From positions 33,468 through 97,467 of the forward strand of contig JAFTLQ010000010.1 of assembly GCA_017455905.1 (NCBI GenBank): a DNA stretch of 64,000 nucleotides, in the 5' to 3' direction. Position numbers and translations under genes: made by a program. Positions 51,846 through 61,873 of the stretch are shown piece by piece. Within the stretch, counting starts at the first letter, position 1, and every line of letters starts with the position of its first letter. The notes under the pieces were generated by a model, which was not told the origin of the DNA, ran no database searches, and saw nothing but the letters and a program-made list of their open reading frames with translations. Origin of the DNA: Clostridia bacterium. Lineage in GTDB: Bacteria > Bacillota > Clostridia > Oscillospirales > CAG-272.

Positions 51846-53768
51846 TTATGCTTCTTTTGTCAGAGATTCGTTGAAACGCCAGCGGTATGTCGTGCGTACG
51901 CCGCCCTTTTCATACGAGATAAGAGTAGCACCGTTTTCCTCCTCAATGCGCACGTCCTTGACCGACGCGTCCGTCGTAAAGACGGTCAGGTACTGTGCGT
52001 CCGTGGCGCCGCAACGATCCTCCAGCACGAGGCGACGGGTGGGTGCCTGACGGTCCATGCCGGGCGCCTTGGCAGCGTCAATGGCCTGCACCTGCAGCTC
52101 GCCTGCCCAAAGGATGCGCACGTGCTCGCCGCGCGCCTCGGTGTGACCGATCGTAAGAGTCGGATCGTTGACATGGAAGGTAAGGGTGACGTCCTCGTTC
52201 GCGTCGTTATGCACGCGATCGGCTACAAGGAACAGGTCGTCGCCGACCAACGCGCACAGGCGGCGATGCTCGCTCGGCAGATAGTTGTCGTGTGCGCCGT
52301 CGCACGCCATAACGTCCTCCAAGCGGTAGTCGCGGTAAAGGTGTCCGTCACGCTGCCGGGTGAAGCCCCAGCTGCTCGTGCAGTAGAAGGGCATACGGTG
52401 TCCGAAGGTCAGACAGGAATGATACGCAGGCGATTTATAGACGTAGCGCGACACGTTGTCCTGATAGGTATAACAGGATGGGTCGATGACGATGTCGTAT
52501 CCCCGAAGAGCCAGCGTAAAGGTCAGCGGATCCTGATGGGAGTGACCGTTGTTGACGGGGGTATGACAGCAGAACATAACGTGCGAAGCGTCACGGCCCC
52601 AGCCGGTACGCGCCATATAATGACCGAGGCCGTGCTGGAAATGCACCTCAGCGCCAAGACGGCTGACGTAGCGCTCGGCATCGGCACGCACGTCGGCAGG
52701 CAGACGCTCCTTGGCAGTGTTCGACAGCAGAGGATACAGCTTACGGAAGACGCCAAGCTCGCCGAAATGCTCATAATAGGACATCGCCGCGGTTTCGCCG
52801 ATCCTACCGATGCCGGTATCGCCGATGGAGCAGGTGATGCCGCTCGGCGGCGTGACGTAGCACATATACTCCGACGCCTTGTTCATCGTTTCGGTAAAGT
52901 GTGCGGGCAAGGTAAAGCCGCGTTCATCCGCCATGCAGCGAATGCTGAACAGGCGCGTCAGACACAGGGAATGGTATCCGGGCGAGCCCTCGATCTGACC
53001 GCCCTCGTCGGTGAATTGGAACAGCGCACAGCGCACGACCTCCTGTACCGACAGGTCAAGCCACGTCTTCGACATCTCCCATTCCGGGAACAGGCACACG
53101 GCGTCCAGAACGCCCTGCATCTGCACCAGGTAATGGTTATGCGCGGCGTCGGGATGCAGGATCGGGGCGACGACGACCAGCATCTGCGCGTGCTCGTAGG
53201 CCGACAGCGAGATGCGTGCGTGAAGGTGCGGCGTCATCAGGTCGGTCAGCAGCAGCTTTTCATATAAGCTTCGCCAGCTCTCCGACATACGCACACCCGC
53301 CTCAAAGGAGCGCCACGGATTGACGCCGTAGCCAAATTCCTTACAAAGGTGCTCCTTCTCCGTGCCGTGCACGGGGTAGCAGGGGCATTGATCGATCCAG
53401 TCCTCAAGGTCGGCGATCGCCTGCTCGGCGTACGCACGCTCGCCCGTCAAAAGATAGGCATCGACCAAGGGCGTGAAATATTGGTGTCGGTTGAGCACCC
53501 ACGTATACTCGGCGTCTCCGCTTCGGCATTCGTGCCAGGCGGGCGGATTGCCGACGTCCATGGGAACCCCGTCCGTGCCGGGCAGAACGAAGCGATGCGT
53601 CATGGCCTCCTTCGCCTGCGCCAGCGTGCTCCTGACGAAGGCCTCGTCCGTTTTTTTCTCGCGGATCTTCTCCATGACGGCACCGTAGGTATCCTTCATA
53701 AGCTCCCGCTTGTACGCGAGGTATTCCTCCTCGGTCATCGGCTTGGTCAATATATCATTCAGTTGCAT
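51846..53768 (-). CDS. heparinase II/III-like (polysaccharide-lyase-like) protein, paralogue 1, no signal peptide
   Basis: It has the NNGHSHQDPLTF motif (H-x-H-x-D..F) and an N-terminal alpha/alpha-toroid-like region (PPAWHECR...WVLNR). AAGGAG lies upstream of the ATG at 53768. Confidence 0.75.
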   Translation of the reverse strand: MQLNDILTKPMTEEEYLAYKRELMKDTYGAVMEKIREKKTDEAFVRSTLAQAKEAMTHRFVLPGTDGVPMDVGNPPAWHECRSGDAEYTWVLNRHQYFTPLVDAYLLTGERAYAEQAIADLEDWIDQCPCYPVHGTEKEHLCKEFGYGVNPWRSFEAGVRMSESWRSLYEKLLLTDLMTPHLHARISLSAYEHAQMLVVVAPILHPDAAHNHYLVQMQGVLDAVCLFPEWEMSKTWLDLSVQEVVRCALFQFTDEGGQIEGSPGYHSLCLTRLFSIRCMADERGFTLPAHFTETMNKASEYMCYVTPPSGITCSIGDTGIGRIGETAAMSYYEHFGELGVFRKLYPLLSNTAKERLPADVRADAERYVSRLGAEVHFQHGLGHYMARTGWGRDASHVMFCCHTPVNNGHSHQDPLTFTLALRGYDIVIDPSCYTYQDNVSRYVYKSPAYHSCLTFGHRMPFYCTSSWGFTRQRDGHLYRDYRLEDVMACDGAHDNYLPSEHRRLCALVGDDLFLVADRVHNDANEDVTLTFHVNDPTLTIGHTEARGEHVRILWAGELQVQAIDAAKAPGMDRQAPTRRLVLEDRCGATDAQYLTVFTTDASVKDVRIEEENGATLISYEKGGVRTTYRWRFNESLTKEA

Positions 53769-53790
53769 AATAAACTCCTTTTCTGCGTGC

Positions 53791-55722
53791 TCACGCATCG
53801 ATCGTCAGACTACAGCTAAAGCTCCAAAGGAAGGACACCGTCTTCCCTGCCGCCTTGTAGGATATACGAACGCCCTGCGTCGTGCGCTCGATGTGTGCAT
53901 CGGTAATGTCGTCGCGCTTGGTAAACAGCGTTAGATACAGCGCGTGCTCATGCGAGGTATCGGTCAGACGGATACGCGCCGAGGGCTCGCGGATGTCGTT
54001 GCGCGGTGATTTCTCCGACGGAAGAACCTCCGCCGTAAGGCCGCGCGGAAGCAGAACGCGAATGCGCTCCGACACCGCTTCTCCGCCCTCGATACGCACG
54101 TTGGGATCGTCCATGTGAAAGTACAGACGCACGTCCGTCTTCGTCATGTTCACTACGTCGTCGGCGACGATAAAGACGTCGTCACCCACGAGAGCGCACA
54201 GGCGCTTGTGGTAATCGGGATCGTAGTTATGATGCGAGGCATCGGCGGCGTATACGCCGCCCATGCGATAGGTCTTGCGGATGCTTCCCTCCTTTTGCGG
54301 CGAGTACGACCACATACCGGTGTAGGCAAAGGGCGGCTTGTCGTCAAAGGTCAGGGTGCTGTGATATTCGGGGGATTTGAAGAGCCGACGTTCGGGTCCT
54401 TCGCGGTAGGTGCAGAACGACGGATCAACGACAACGGGGTCTCCGCGCAGCGTCAGCACAAAGGACATGGGATCTTGATGCGCGTGCCCGTTGTTGACGG
54501 GGGTACAGCAGATAAACAGGAAATGCGAGTCGTCCGGCCGCCAGCCTGTGCGCGCGATGTACTGACCGAGGGTGCGCTGATAATTGTCACCGCCGGACAG
54601 CTTCGCGGCACGCGCACGCGCAACCGCCTGCACCTCCTCGGGAATGATGTGCACGTCATGGTTCGGATGAATGGCAAAGATGGCTTCCGTCGGGCCAAGC
54701 TCGCCGAAGCAGGTGTAATACCAATCCGCGGTGTCCGCGCCGCCGCGGCGCATGGCACTGTCACCGACGGAGGCCATATGGCCGTTTGGCAAAACGACGA
54801 ACAGATCGTATAGCGTCGCCTTGCGGCACGCCTCGATGATACGGTCGGGAAGGGCGAAATCGAAGGCGCGCGCCAAAGCGGCCATACGGAAGAACATGCT
54901 CAGACAGACGTTGTGGTAGTTGGGACTTCCCTCCACCTGTCCGCCGTCCGAGGTCAGCTGTTGATCGACGCACCGCGCCAGCTCGTGAATGGCGTATGTG
55001 CGCCACGTATCGGCCTCGCGCATATCGGGGAACAGGCAAACGATCTGAAGCAAGCCGAGCATCTCCATCAGATAATGGTTGTGATCCGCCTTCGGCCAGA
55101 AAATGGGGGACATGACGCGCAATGCTACGGCGTGCTCGTAAAAGCTTGTCACAAGCTTCGTATGTATTTCGGGTGTCATATGCTCGCTCAAAAGCAGCCG
55201 GTCGTACGCTACGTTCCATGCGTCAAACATACGGATACCGACCTCCAGGGTACGCCACGGCGTTACCAGCTGATACGGCTTTTTAAGCTCACGAAGCTCC
55301 TCGGGGGTCTCCCCTCCCTTGGGGAGCGGATAGGTGGGACACGTGTCGATCCAGTTAAGCCAATCCGAAAGCAGACCTTTTGCATAGATCTCTTCTCCGG
55401 TGAGCAGATACATTTCCGACAGGGTGTAAAACCATCCCATGCGGTTTAAGCACCACAAATATTCTTCGTCGCCCGTGCGGCACTCGTGCCACGCCGGCGG
55501 GGTGCCTACGTGCATACGCTCGCCGCCCGAGCCCGGAAGGACGAACCGATGCTGCATCGCATACGCAGCCTCCTCGCGTTTTCTCTCGATATACGCCTCA
55601 TTGTCCTTGTTGCGACGGATGTCCTCTACGGCGCGCTCAATGCGTGTACGGTGCGTTGCACGCTGATGCGAAAGATACGACGCATCGGTAAACTCACGCG
55701 ACATAATATCCGAAAGTTCCAT
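53791..55722 (-). CDS. heparinase II/III-like protein, paralogue 2, no signal peptide
   Basis: It has the NNGHAHQDPMSF motif and is collinear with paralogues 1 and 3. Confidence 0.75.
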   Translation of the reverse strand: MELSDIMSREFTDASYLSHQRATHRTRIERAVEDIRRNKDNEAYIERKREEAAYAMQHRFVLPGSGGERMHVGTPPAWHECRTGDEEYLWCLNRMGWFYTLSEMYLLTGEEIYAKGLLSDWLNWIDTCPTYPLPKGGETPEELRELKKPYQLVTPWRTLEVGIRMFDAWNVAYDRLLLSEHMTPEIHTKLVTSFYEHAVALRVMSPIFWPKADHNHYLMEMLGLLQIVCLFPDMREADTWRTYAIHELARCVDQQLTSDGGQVEGSPNYHNVCLSMFFRMAALARAFDFALPDRIIEACRKATLYDLFVVLPNGHMASVGDSAMRRGGADTADWYYTCFGELGPTEAIFAIHPNHDVHIIPEEVQAVARARAAKLSGGDNYQRTLGQYIARTGWRPDDSHFLFICCTPVNNGHAHQDPMSFVLTLRGDPVVVDPSFCTYREGPERRLFKSPEYHSTLTFDDKPPFAYTGMWSYSPQKEGSIRKTYRMGGVYAADASHHNYDPDYHKRLCALVGDDVFIVADDVVNMTKTDVRLYFHMDDPNVRIEGGEAVSERIRVLLPRGLTAEVLPSEKSPRNDIREPSARIRLTDTSHEHALYLTLFTKRDDITDAHIERTTQGVRISYKAAGKTVSFLWSFSCSLTIDA

Positions 55723-55778
55723 GCTTCTTTTTCCTTTTTCTGCGTTTTTTGTTTCGTTTGCAAAGTTTTATTTACGGA

Positions 55779-57713
55779 TTACTGCACTTTACCGAACGAG
55801 CAGCTGAATACCCAGCGATAGATATGCTCGCCATCCGCATCGGTATAGGAGATATACACACCGTCCTCGCGACGCTGTATGTATGCCTTCGTAACGTCGT
55901 CGCGCTTGGTAAAGATGGTAAGATACAGGCGGCTGTCGTGCGATGTGTCCGTCAAGCGGATACGCGAGGTCGGCTCACGGAGATCGGTGAAGGGCGATTT
56001 TTCGCCCGGGAGCATCTCGGCCTCGACCCCCTCGGGCAGAAGCACGCGGATGCGCGAGGATACCGCTTCCCCACCCTCGATGCGTACGGTGGGATCGTCC
56101 ATGTGGAAGTACAGACGCACGTCCGTCTTCGTCATATTCACCACGTCGTCGGCGACGATAAAGACGTCGTCACCCACCAGGGCGCACAGGCGCTTGTGAA
56201 AATCGGGATCGTAGTTATGATGCGAGGCATCGGCGGCGTATACGCCGTCCATGCGATAGCTATTGCGGATATGCCCCTCCTTTTGCGCCGAATAGCCCCA
56301 CATGCTGAGGTATTCAAACGGCGGCTTGTCGTCGAAGGTCAGCGTACTGTGATATTCGGGCGACTTAAAAAGCTTGCGCTCCGGGCAGGAGCGATAGGCA
56401 AAGTACGACGGGTCGATGACGACCGGGTCGCCCTGCAGGTACAGAATAAAGGACATGGGGTCCTGATGGGTATGTCCGTTGTTGATGGGGGTCGCACAGG
56501 AGAACAGGAAATAGGAATCCTCTCTCGTCCAGCCCGTACGCGCCATATACTGTCCGAGGGTACGCTGATCGTTGTCCCCTCCGGGGGCGGCTGCCGCCTG
56601 TGCGCGTGCTGCCTCCTGTACCGAGGCGGGAATGATGCGCTCATCGTGGTTCGGGTGGATCGCAAGAATATTGGCCATCGGGCCAAGCTCGCCGAAGCTT
56701 TGGTAGTAGCAGCGCGTCGTATGCACGACGCCCGTCAGCATGGGCGTGTCGCCGATGGAGGCCCAGCGGCCGTCGGGCAGCGTGGTATACACTGCGTGAC
56801 GCGCCGCACGGGTGCAGAGCGTACGCATCTCATCGGGGAAGGTAAAGCCGAAATCACGCGCCATGCGGGCGACGGTCAGGTATTCGTTCAGACTGCCCGA
56901 ATGATAGCCGGGACAGCCCTCGACCTGTGCTCCCTCGGGGGTGAACTGGTTTTTCGCACAGCGGCCGAGCTCTCGCAGAGCGAAGGCCTGCCAATCCTGT
57001 GCCTGCCGCACGTCCGGGAACAGGCAAGCGGCACGCAGAAGACCGAGCATCTCCGTCAGATAATGGTTGTGGTTGGCCGCGGGCCAGAAGCGCGTCGTCA
57101 GTCGATACAGCGCGAGCATATGCTCGTAAAAGCTGACGGCGATCTTGGTGTGGACCTCGGGGGTCATGAGATCGGTCAGAAGCAGGCGATCGTACAGAAC
57201 CGCCCACGAGCCGTTGACACGGATACCGACCTCCAACGAGCGCCAAGGGTCGACCTCGCCGCGAAAGGGCTTAGCAAGGGCCCAGAAGTCCTCCTCCGTC
57301 GCACCCTCGTCGGGCAGCGGATACATCGGGCAGGTGTCGATCCAGTTGATTAGGTCCCCGAGCGCCTTTTCGCCATAGGCACGCTCGCCCGTCAACACGT
57401 ACAGCTCGCTCAGCGTATGGAAATAGTCCATACGGTTGAGATGCCACACATATTCCTCGTCATCGGTACGGCGCTCATGCCAGGCAGGCGGTGTTCCGAC
57501 GTGCATACGCTCGCCGCCCGAGCCCGGCAGGACGAACATATCCTGCATGGCGTACGAGGCCGCGGTGCGCAAGCGCGCAACGTATTCCTCGTCCGTCCGT
57601 TTTTCTGCAAGGAAGTCCGTATCCTTCGTAATGCGCGCGCGATGGCGCTCGCGCTGACAGGCAAGATACGCCTCGTCGGTGCGATCCTGTATAAGAATGT
57701 CCGATAGCTTCAT
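55779..57713 (-). CDS. heparinase II/III-like protein, paralogue 3, no signal peptide
   Basis: It has the NNGHTHQDPMSF motif. AAGGAG lies upstream of the ATG at 57713, and the track start at 57803 was rejected. Confidence 0.75.
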   Translation of the reverse strand: MKLSDILIQDRTDEAYLACQRERHRARITKDTDFLAEKRTDEEYVARLRTAASYAMQDMFVLPGSGGERMHVGTPPAWHERRTDDEEYVWHLNRMDYFHTLSELYVLTGERAYGEKALGDLINWIDTCPMYPLPDEGATEEDFWALAKPFRGEVDPWRSLEVGIRVNGSWAVLYDRLLLTDLMTPEVHTKIAVSFYEHMLALYRLTTRFWPAANHNHYLTEMLGLLRAACLFPDVRQAQDWQAFALRELGRCAKNQFTPEGAQVEGCPGYHSGSLNEYLTVARMARDFGFTFPDEMRTLCTRAARHAVYTTLPDGRWASIGDTPMLTGVVHTTRCYYQSFGELGPMANILAIHPNHDERIIPASVQEAARAQAAAAPGGDNDQRTLGQYMARTGWTREDSYFLFSCATPINNGHTHQDPMSFILYLQGDPVVIDPSYFAYRSCPERKLFKSPEYHSTLTFDDKPPFEYLSMWGYSAQKEGHIRNSYRMDGVYAADASHHNYDPDFHKRLCALVGDDVFIVADDVVNMTKTDVRLYFHMDDPTVRIEGGEAVSSRIRVLLPEGVEAEMLPGEKSPFTDLREPTSRIRLTDTSHDSRLYLTIFTKRDDVTKAYIQRREDGVYISYTDADGEHIYRWVFSCSFGKVQ

Positions 57714-57891
57714 CCTAAACGGTCTCCTTTGATAGCGGCTTATGCCGCAGGTTATTCCAATTATAGCACGTGAGTCACGTAAAATCAACCGCCAAAGGAA
57801 CATTTTTTCCTTTTGGCAAAGGATATTTTCCTGTGTTTATAAGCAAAGGGAAGCCGCCGCACCTCCCTCGGCGCGACCGCTTCCCTTTTCT

Positions 57892-58410
57892 TTACATATA
57901 CGCAATGGTGTCGGCGGCGTCACGCAGAATGCTGTGACGCTCGTTGGGCACGACGTCGTCGGCGGCATAGCCGAGGGGCAACAGCGCACACACCTCGACC
58001 GTCGACGGGATACCAAACGCCTCGCGCAGCTGCGCGGGGTCAAACCAACCGACATAGCACGAGCCGATGCCAAGATCCCACGCGCACAGCATCATGTGCG
58101 TCATGGCGATCGCCACATCCGTTTCGCCAAAGCGGCGGCCGCCCAGGCGCTCGGTCTTACACTCTCGTTCGGTATCAAAGCCGACGACGAGCACGCAGGG
58201 CGCGTCAAAGGCGCACGGCGTCAGCGCACGCACCTTAGCCAGCGCCTGCTCGCTTTGCAGGACGTAGATCTTATGCGGACGGGTGTTCTTGGCGCTGGGG
58301 GCGACACGGGCCGCCTCAAGGATCTGCGCAAGGATATCGTCCGGAATAGGATCGGGCTTAAAGCGGCGAACGGAATACCGTTCCTTTGCAAGATCAAGAA
58401 ATTGCTTCAT
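57892..58410 (-). CDS. nitroreductase family protein
   Basis: RYSVRRFKPDPIPDDILAQILEAARVAPSAKNTRP is the classic nitroreductase N-terminus. Confidence 0.85.
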   Translation of the reverse strand: MKQFLDLAKERYSVRRFKPDPIPDDILAQILEAARVAPSAKNTRPHKIYVLQSEQALAKVRALTPCAFDAPCVLVVGFDTERECKTERLGGRRFGETDVAIAMTHMMLCAWDLGIGSCYVGWFDPAQLREAFGIPSTVEVCALLPLGYAADDVVPNERHSILRDAADTIAYM

Positions 58411-58448
58411 ACGGATAGTTCCTTTCTATCAGATCGATGCGACATCTA

Positions 58449-59732
58449 TCAGAATATCTGCAGACCGTCGATACGGGCGAGGACGGGGCCGTGATAGGAG
58501 TCCTCGGTCGCGCATTCGGTCGACATGGTCAGCGTGCGCAGAGCCTCGCTCAGCTTACCGCTGATGGAGATGCCCGTGACGGGTATGCGCGTCTTGCCGT
58601 CGAAATAATACGCCAAGCGGACCTCGCCGCCGATATAATCGTTAAACAGATCGACCTGCAGTCCCGACATCGATACGCACGCGAGATGCGCCTCGGCACG
58701 CAGCGTCTCAGCGCTCACCGAGCCCGCCGCCACGCAAAGGCAGGGCAGCTGCCCCGTCGGCTCCTCTCCGAGATACCGGGCAAAGCGGTGACTGCCGAAG
58801 CGGCCGACGCATACGCCGTCGCGGATGAGCACGCGGTCGACAAGCGTCGTGCCGTCGCCGTCAAACGGCGCTCCCGAGGGACTTCCCTCGACCGTGCGGC
58901 AGGCGGTGATCGTCATGGTGTCCCCGACGCAGTCGGGCTGAACGGCATCGCCGACGGAGCGGAGGTTGGAGTGGTTATATACCGTCTGATACGAAAGATC
59001 GTGCGCCAGCTCCCGGACAAGTGAGCGAAACTCGCGGATGGGAAGAAGCACGGGACAAGCAAGTGCTGCGGTCGGTGCCTTGGCCTCCATACGGGCGGCC
59101 ACGTCCGCCATATGCTCGCTGACGCTTGCGCGCAGCGCCTCGGTATCCAGAACGGCCAGCGTGTCAAACTGATACAGCTCAACGGAGCCGTCTTTGCCGT
59201 TGTAGGTCGGGATATATTCCAGCGATGCGGTGCGCTTGTGCCGAGTTTTATCGATGCCGCGGCTGTTCATCACGCGCACGGCGCTATCCTTGACGAAGAT
59301 CTCCAGCGCGTTGACCGCAGCCCCCTCGGGCGCTGGTGCGCCGAATACGGCTTCGGCTATATCTGCGCCGATCTGCTCGGGGGTGAGCTTGGTCAGCACA
59401 CCGTCGTCCTCATAGACCTCGGTGCCGCCCGTCGGCAGATCGTACGGCTCGTCAAAGACCAGCCGCGCCCGACGGAGTGCGCTCGCTATGGCCTCCGCCA
59501 TCTCCGCCTCCTCCTGCGAGGGATAGACCTGCACGGTACTGCTGCCCGTTTTGCCGTCGTGATCGACGTAGACCGTTACGCTGAGGTCACGTGTGTCGGT
59601 GCTGCGCACCGTTTCCAAGCGTCCCTTGACGAAAAACATCTCGTAGGAGGCGGTATCCGTCTGCGTGATCTTGTACGACGCCACGTCGTGCGCCTGCAAA
59701 AGGCTCTGAACGTATACGATATCGTGCTTCAT
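58449..59732 (-). CDS. PmbA/TldE-like protein (TldD/PmbA family, non-catalytic partner)
   Basis: It is collinear with the TldD/PmbA family but lacks the HExxxH motif. The ATG at 59732 overlaps the tldD stop (ATGA). Confidence 0.75.
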   Translation of the reverse strand: MKHDIVYVQSLLQAHDVASYKITQTDTASYEMFFVKGRLETVRSTDTRDLSVTVYVDHDGKTGSSTVQVYPSQEEAEMAEAIASALRRARLVFDEPYDLPTGGTEVYEDDGVLTKLTPEQIGADIAEAVFGAPAPEGAAVNALEIFVKDSAVRVMNSRGIDKTRHKRTASLEYIPTYNGKDGSVELYQFDTLAVLDTEALRASVSEHMADVAARMEAKAPTAALACPVLLPIREFRSLVRELAHDLSYQTVYNHSNLRSVGDAVQPDCVGDTMTITACRTVEGSPSGAPFDGDGTTLVDRVLIRDGVCVGRFGSHRFARYLGEEPTGQLPCLCVAAGSVSAETLRAEAHLACVSMSGLQVDLFNDYIGGEVRLAYYFDGKTRIPVTGISISGKLSEALRTLTMSTECATEDSYHGPVLARIDGLQIF

Positions 59733-61135
59733 CCGAGCTTCACCTTCACTTTCAGCGCGGGACCGCCGTCGGATACCCGCACCCATTCTTTGTAGCCCTT
59801 ACCGCAGAAGCCTGCCCCCTCGATGGTCACCGTGTCGGAGATCATGGAGATGGACATGAGCAGATCGGGCACATAGCCGCTGATGACGACGGGCGACACG
59901 TAGCGATCGGTCAGCTTGCCGTGCTCGATCTCGATGCCGTATTCCGCCACGCATTGGATCGCCCAGTTTTTGGGGTCCTCCATGCCGTTGTTTGTCTCAA
60001 AGAGCATATAGCCGTGCTCGATGGAGGCGATCATATCCTCCAGCGTATCCGTGCCGGCCTCAAAAAAAGTGTTCGTCATGCGGGAGTAGGCCTTGCGCTT
60101 GTAGCTTTCGCGACGGCCGTTGCCCGTCGGCTCGGTGCCGAGCTGACCGGCGCTGATGAGGTCAGATATGCCCGCAACGAGCACACCGTCCTTGATGATC
60201 TGCGTGTCGTGCGCCAGCACGCCGTCGTCGTCAAAGAAATAGCTGGCCGCGCTGAGCGCAGCGGCCGCGCCGTCACGCATGTTAACGATCGGGGAGGCCA
60301 CGGGCTTACCCATGTACGAGCGGGCAAGCGCACGCTCCTTGACAAACATATCCATCTCCACACCGTGGCCAAAGGCCTCGTGGGCGATGAGCCCCGTAAT
60401 GGACGGAGCGGTAATGACGTCGTAGACGCCGGGGGTAATGGGCGTTGCGTGGGCAAGGTGACGCGCCTTTTCCACGAGCGCGTCCACCTTCGTGGGGAGC
60501 TCGCGCAGGACATCGGCGATCAAATGTGCATTCGCACCGGTGCGCGCCTGCACCATCTTGCCGTCTCCCTCGCGGTAGAGCACCATCATCATGCCGTTGA
60601 CCCATGCATAGGACTGCGTCAGGGTACGGTGCTCGGACACAAAGAGCTTGCTGACCGACAGCGTACGAAGGATCACGAAGGCGTTGAGAATGTGCTCGTC
60701 GCTCGCCAGCACGCGGTCGCGCAGCTCGGCGGACAGGGTAAGAAGCTCCTCCTCGCTGTAGGCGTCGACGTCGCTCTCCCGCTCAAAGTCGCGTACCAGC
60801 GGCTCGTCGGTCACGGCCGCGGGAGAGATGGTCGCCGTGCGGTACCGCTCGTCGACGCGCAGCTGCTCGGTGATCCTTTCGGCGATCTGCTTCGGATCGC
60901 CCTCCAGACTGTCGGTGGAATATTCATAAAACGCGCCGCCGCGCGACAGCTTAAAGACAAAGCCGCGCTCGCTGTCGGTGCCGTCCCCGACGTTCGACAG
61001 GCGACGGTTGACCTGCATTTGGGTCGATCGGATATCCGTTCCGAGAACGCTGACGTAGGTAAAGGTACGGCGAAGCTCCGTCACCAGCGCACGGCACAGA
61101 TCCTTTTTGGACAAAAGATACGAGGAACAAGCCAT
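59729..61135 (-). CDS. tldD: TldD-like metalloprotease
   Basis: It carries the HEAFGH zinc motif in a TldD-family context. Confidence 0.85.
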   Translation of the reverse strand: MACSSYLLSKKDLCRALVTELRRTFTYVSVLGTDIRSTQMQVNRRLSNVGDGTDSERGFVFKLSRGGAFYEYSTDSLEGDPKQIAERITEQLRVDERYRTATISPAAVTDEPLVRDFERESDVDAYSEEELLTLSAELRDRVLASDEHILNAFVILRTLSVSKLFVSEHRTLTQSYAWVNGMMMVLYREGDGKMVQARTGANAHLIADVLRELPTKVDALVEKARHLAHATPITPGVYDVITAPSITGLIAHEAFGHGVEMDMFVKERALARSYMGKPVASPIVNMRDGAAAALSAASYFFDDDGVLAHDTQIIKDGVLVAGISDLISAGQLGTEPTGNGRRESYKRKAYSRMTNTFFEAGTDTLEDMIASIEHGYMLFETNNGMEDPKNWAIQCVAEYGIEIEHGKLTDRYVSPVVISGYVPDLLMSISMISDTVTIEGAGFCGKGYKEWVRVSDGGPALKVKVKLG

Positions 61136-61195
61136 ATTGGTTCCCTTTCTATGCTTTTTGCAAATAATTGTTTGCTTTTATGCCGGATTTTTTCA

Positions 61196-61861
61196 TCACT
61201 TGTTGTGAATTTCATCAAAAATGGCCTTAGCAATACACTTCATGCCGAAGTCGCTCGGATGCATCGCCACGCCCTCGTGGGCAAACTGACCGAGCGCCAT
61301 GGTGCGATGATCCTCGGCAAAATGGATATTGAGACACGTCTGCCCGCGCTCACGGGCAACGGTAGCGATATCGGCATCGATCGAGTCGTGCCACCAGAAG
61401 CACGTCGTATAGACGATCCGTCCCGAGGGAGGGCATATAAAGGCAGACAGCTGACGCAGCGCGTCGGCAAAGGCGGCATGAGAGTCCTCGGGAACGTTCT
61501 CGCCAAGGCGGAAAAGGAAGACGTCGGGCTTGAAATCTCGCTCGTCCTCATAGTGCGACAGAACGTCTGCCTCTTGCAGATGACGCTCCCAGAAGGACGC
61601 CTGACGTACCATGATCCGCACGTCCTCGCCCGCCTCGCACAGCATCGCGTACAGCTGATGCACGTAGTCAAGCTCGGGGGCACTGGCCGCCATACCCCAG
61701 TCGCCGTGCCAGCCGATATCGGCGTTCGGCCCGTGACGGGTGATGGAATTGCCCATGATGAGGATGCGGCGGGGCGCATCCTCGCGTCCAAGGAAGTAGA
61801 GCTCCGAGGAGTTCTTCATCTGTCCGTCGGCGCTGACGGTGTTTTTCTTAATATCGACCAT
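61196..61861 (-). CDS. SGNH/GDSL-like hydrolase family protein
   Basis: It has a block I-like ILIMGNSITRHG and a C-terminal HPSD-type block. No signal peptide is present. Confidence 0.6.
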   Translation of the reverse strand: MVDIKKNTVSADGQMKNSSELYFLGREDAPRRILIMGNSITRHGPNADIGWHGDWGMAASAPELDYVHQLYAMLCEAGEDVRIMVRQASFWERHLQEADVLSHYEDERDFKPDVFLFRLGENVPEDSHAAFADALRQLSAFICPPSGRIVYTTCFWWHDSIDADIATVARERGQTCLNIHFAEDHRTMALGQFAHEGVAMHPSDFGMKCIAKAIFDEIHNK

Positions 61862-61873
61862 GATCTCTCCTTA

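Noticed and set aside
57892-61135. Nitroreductase plus TldD/PmbA as a microcin B17-like (thiazole/oxazole RiPP) maturation cluster.
   Set aside because: No YcaO/cyclodehydratase, no Gly/Ser/Cys-rich precursor ORF and no dedicated exporter are visible in the flanks. The nitroreductase looks like an ordinary stand-alone family member.
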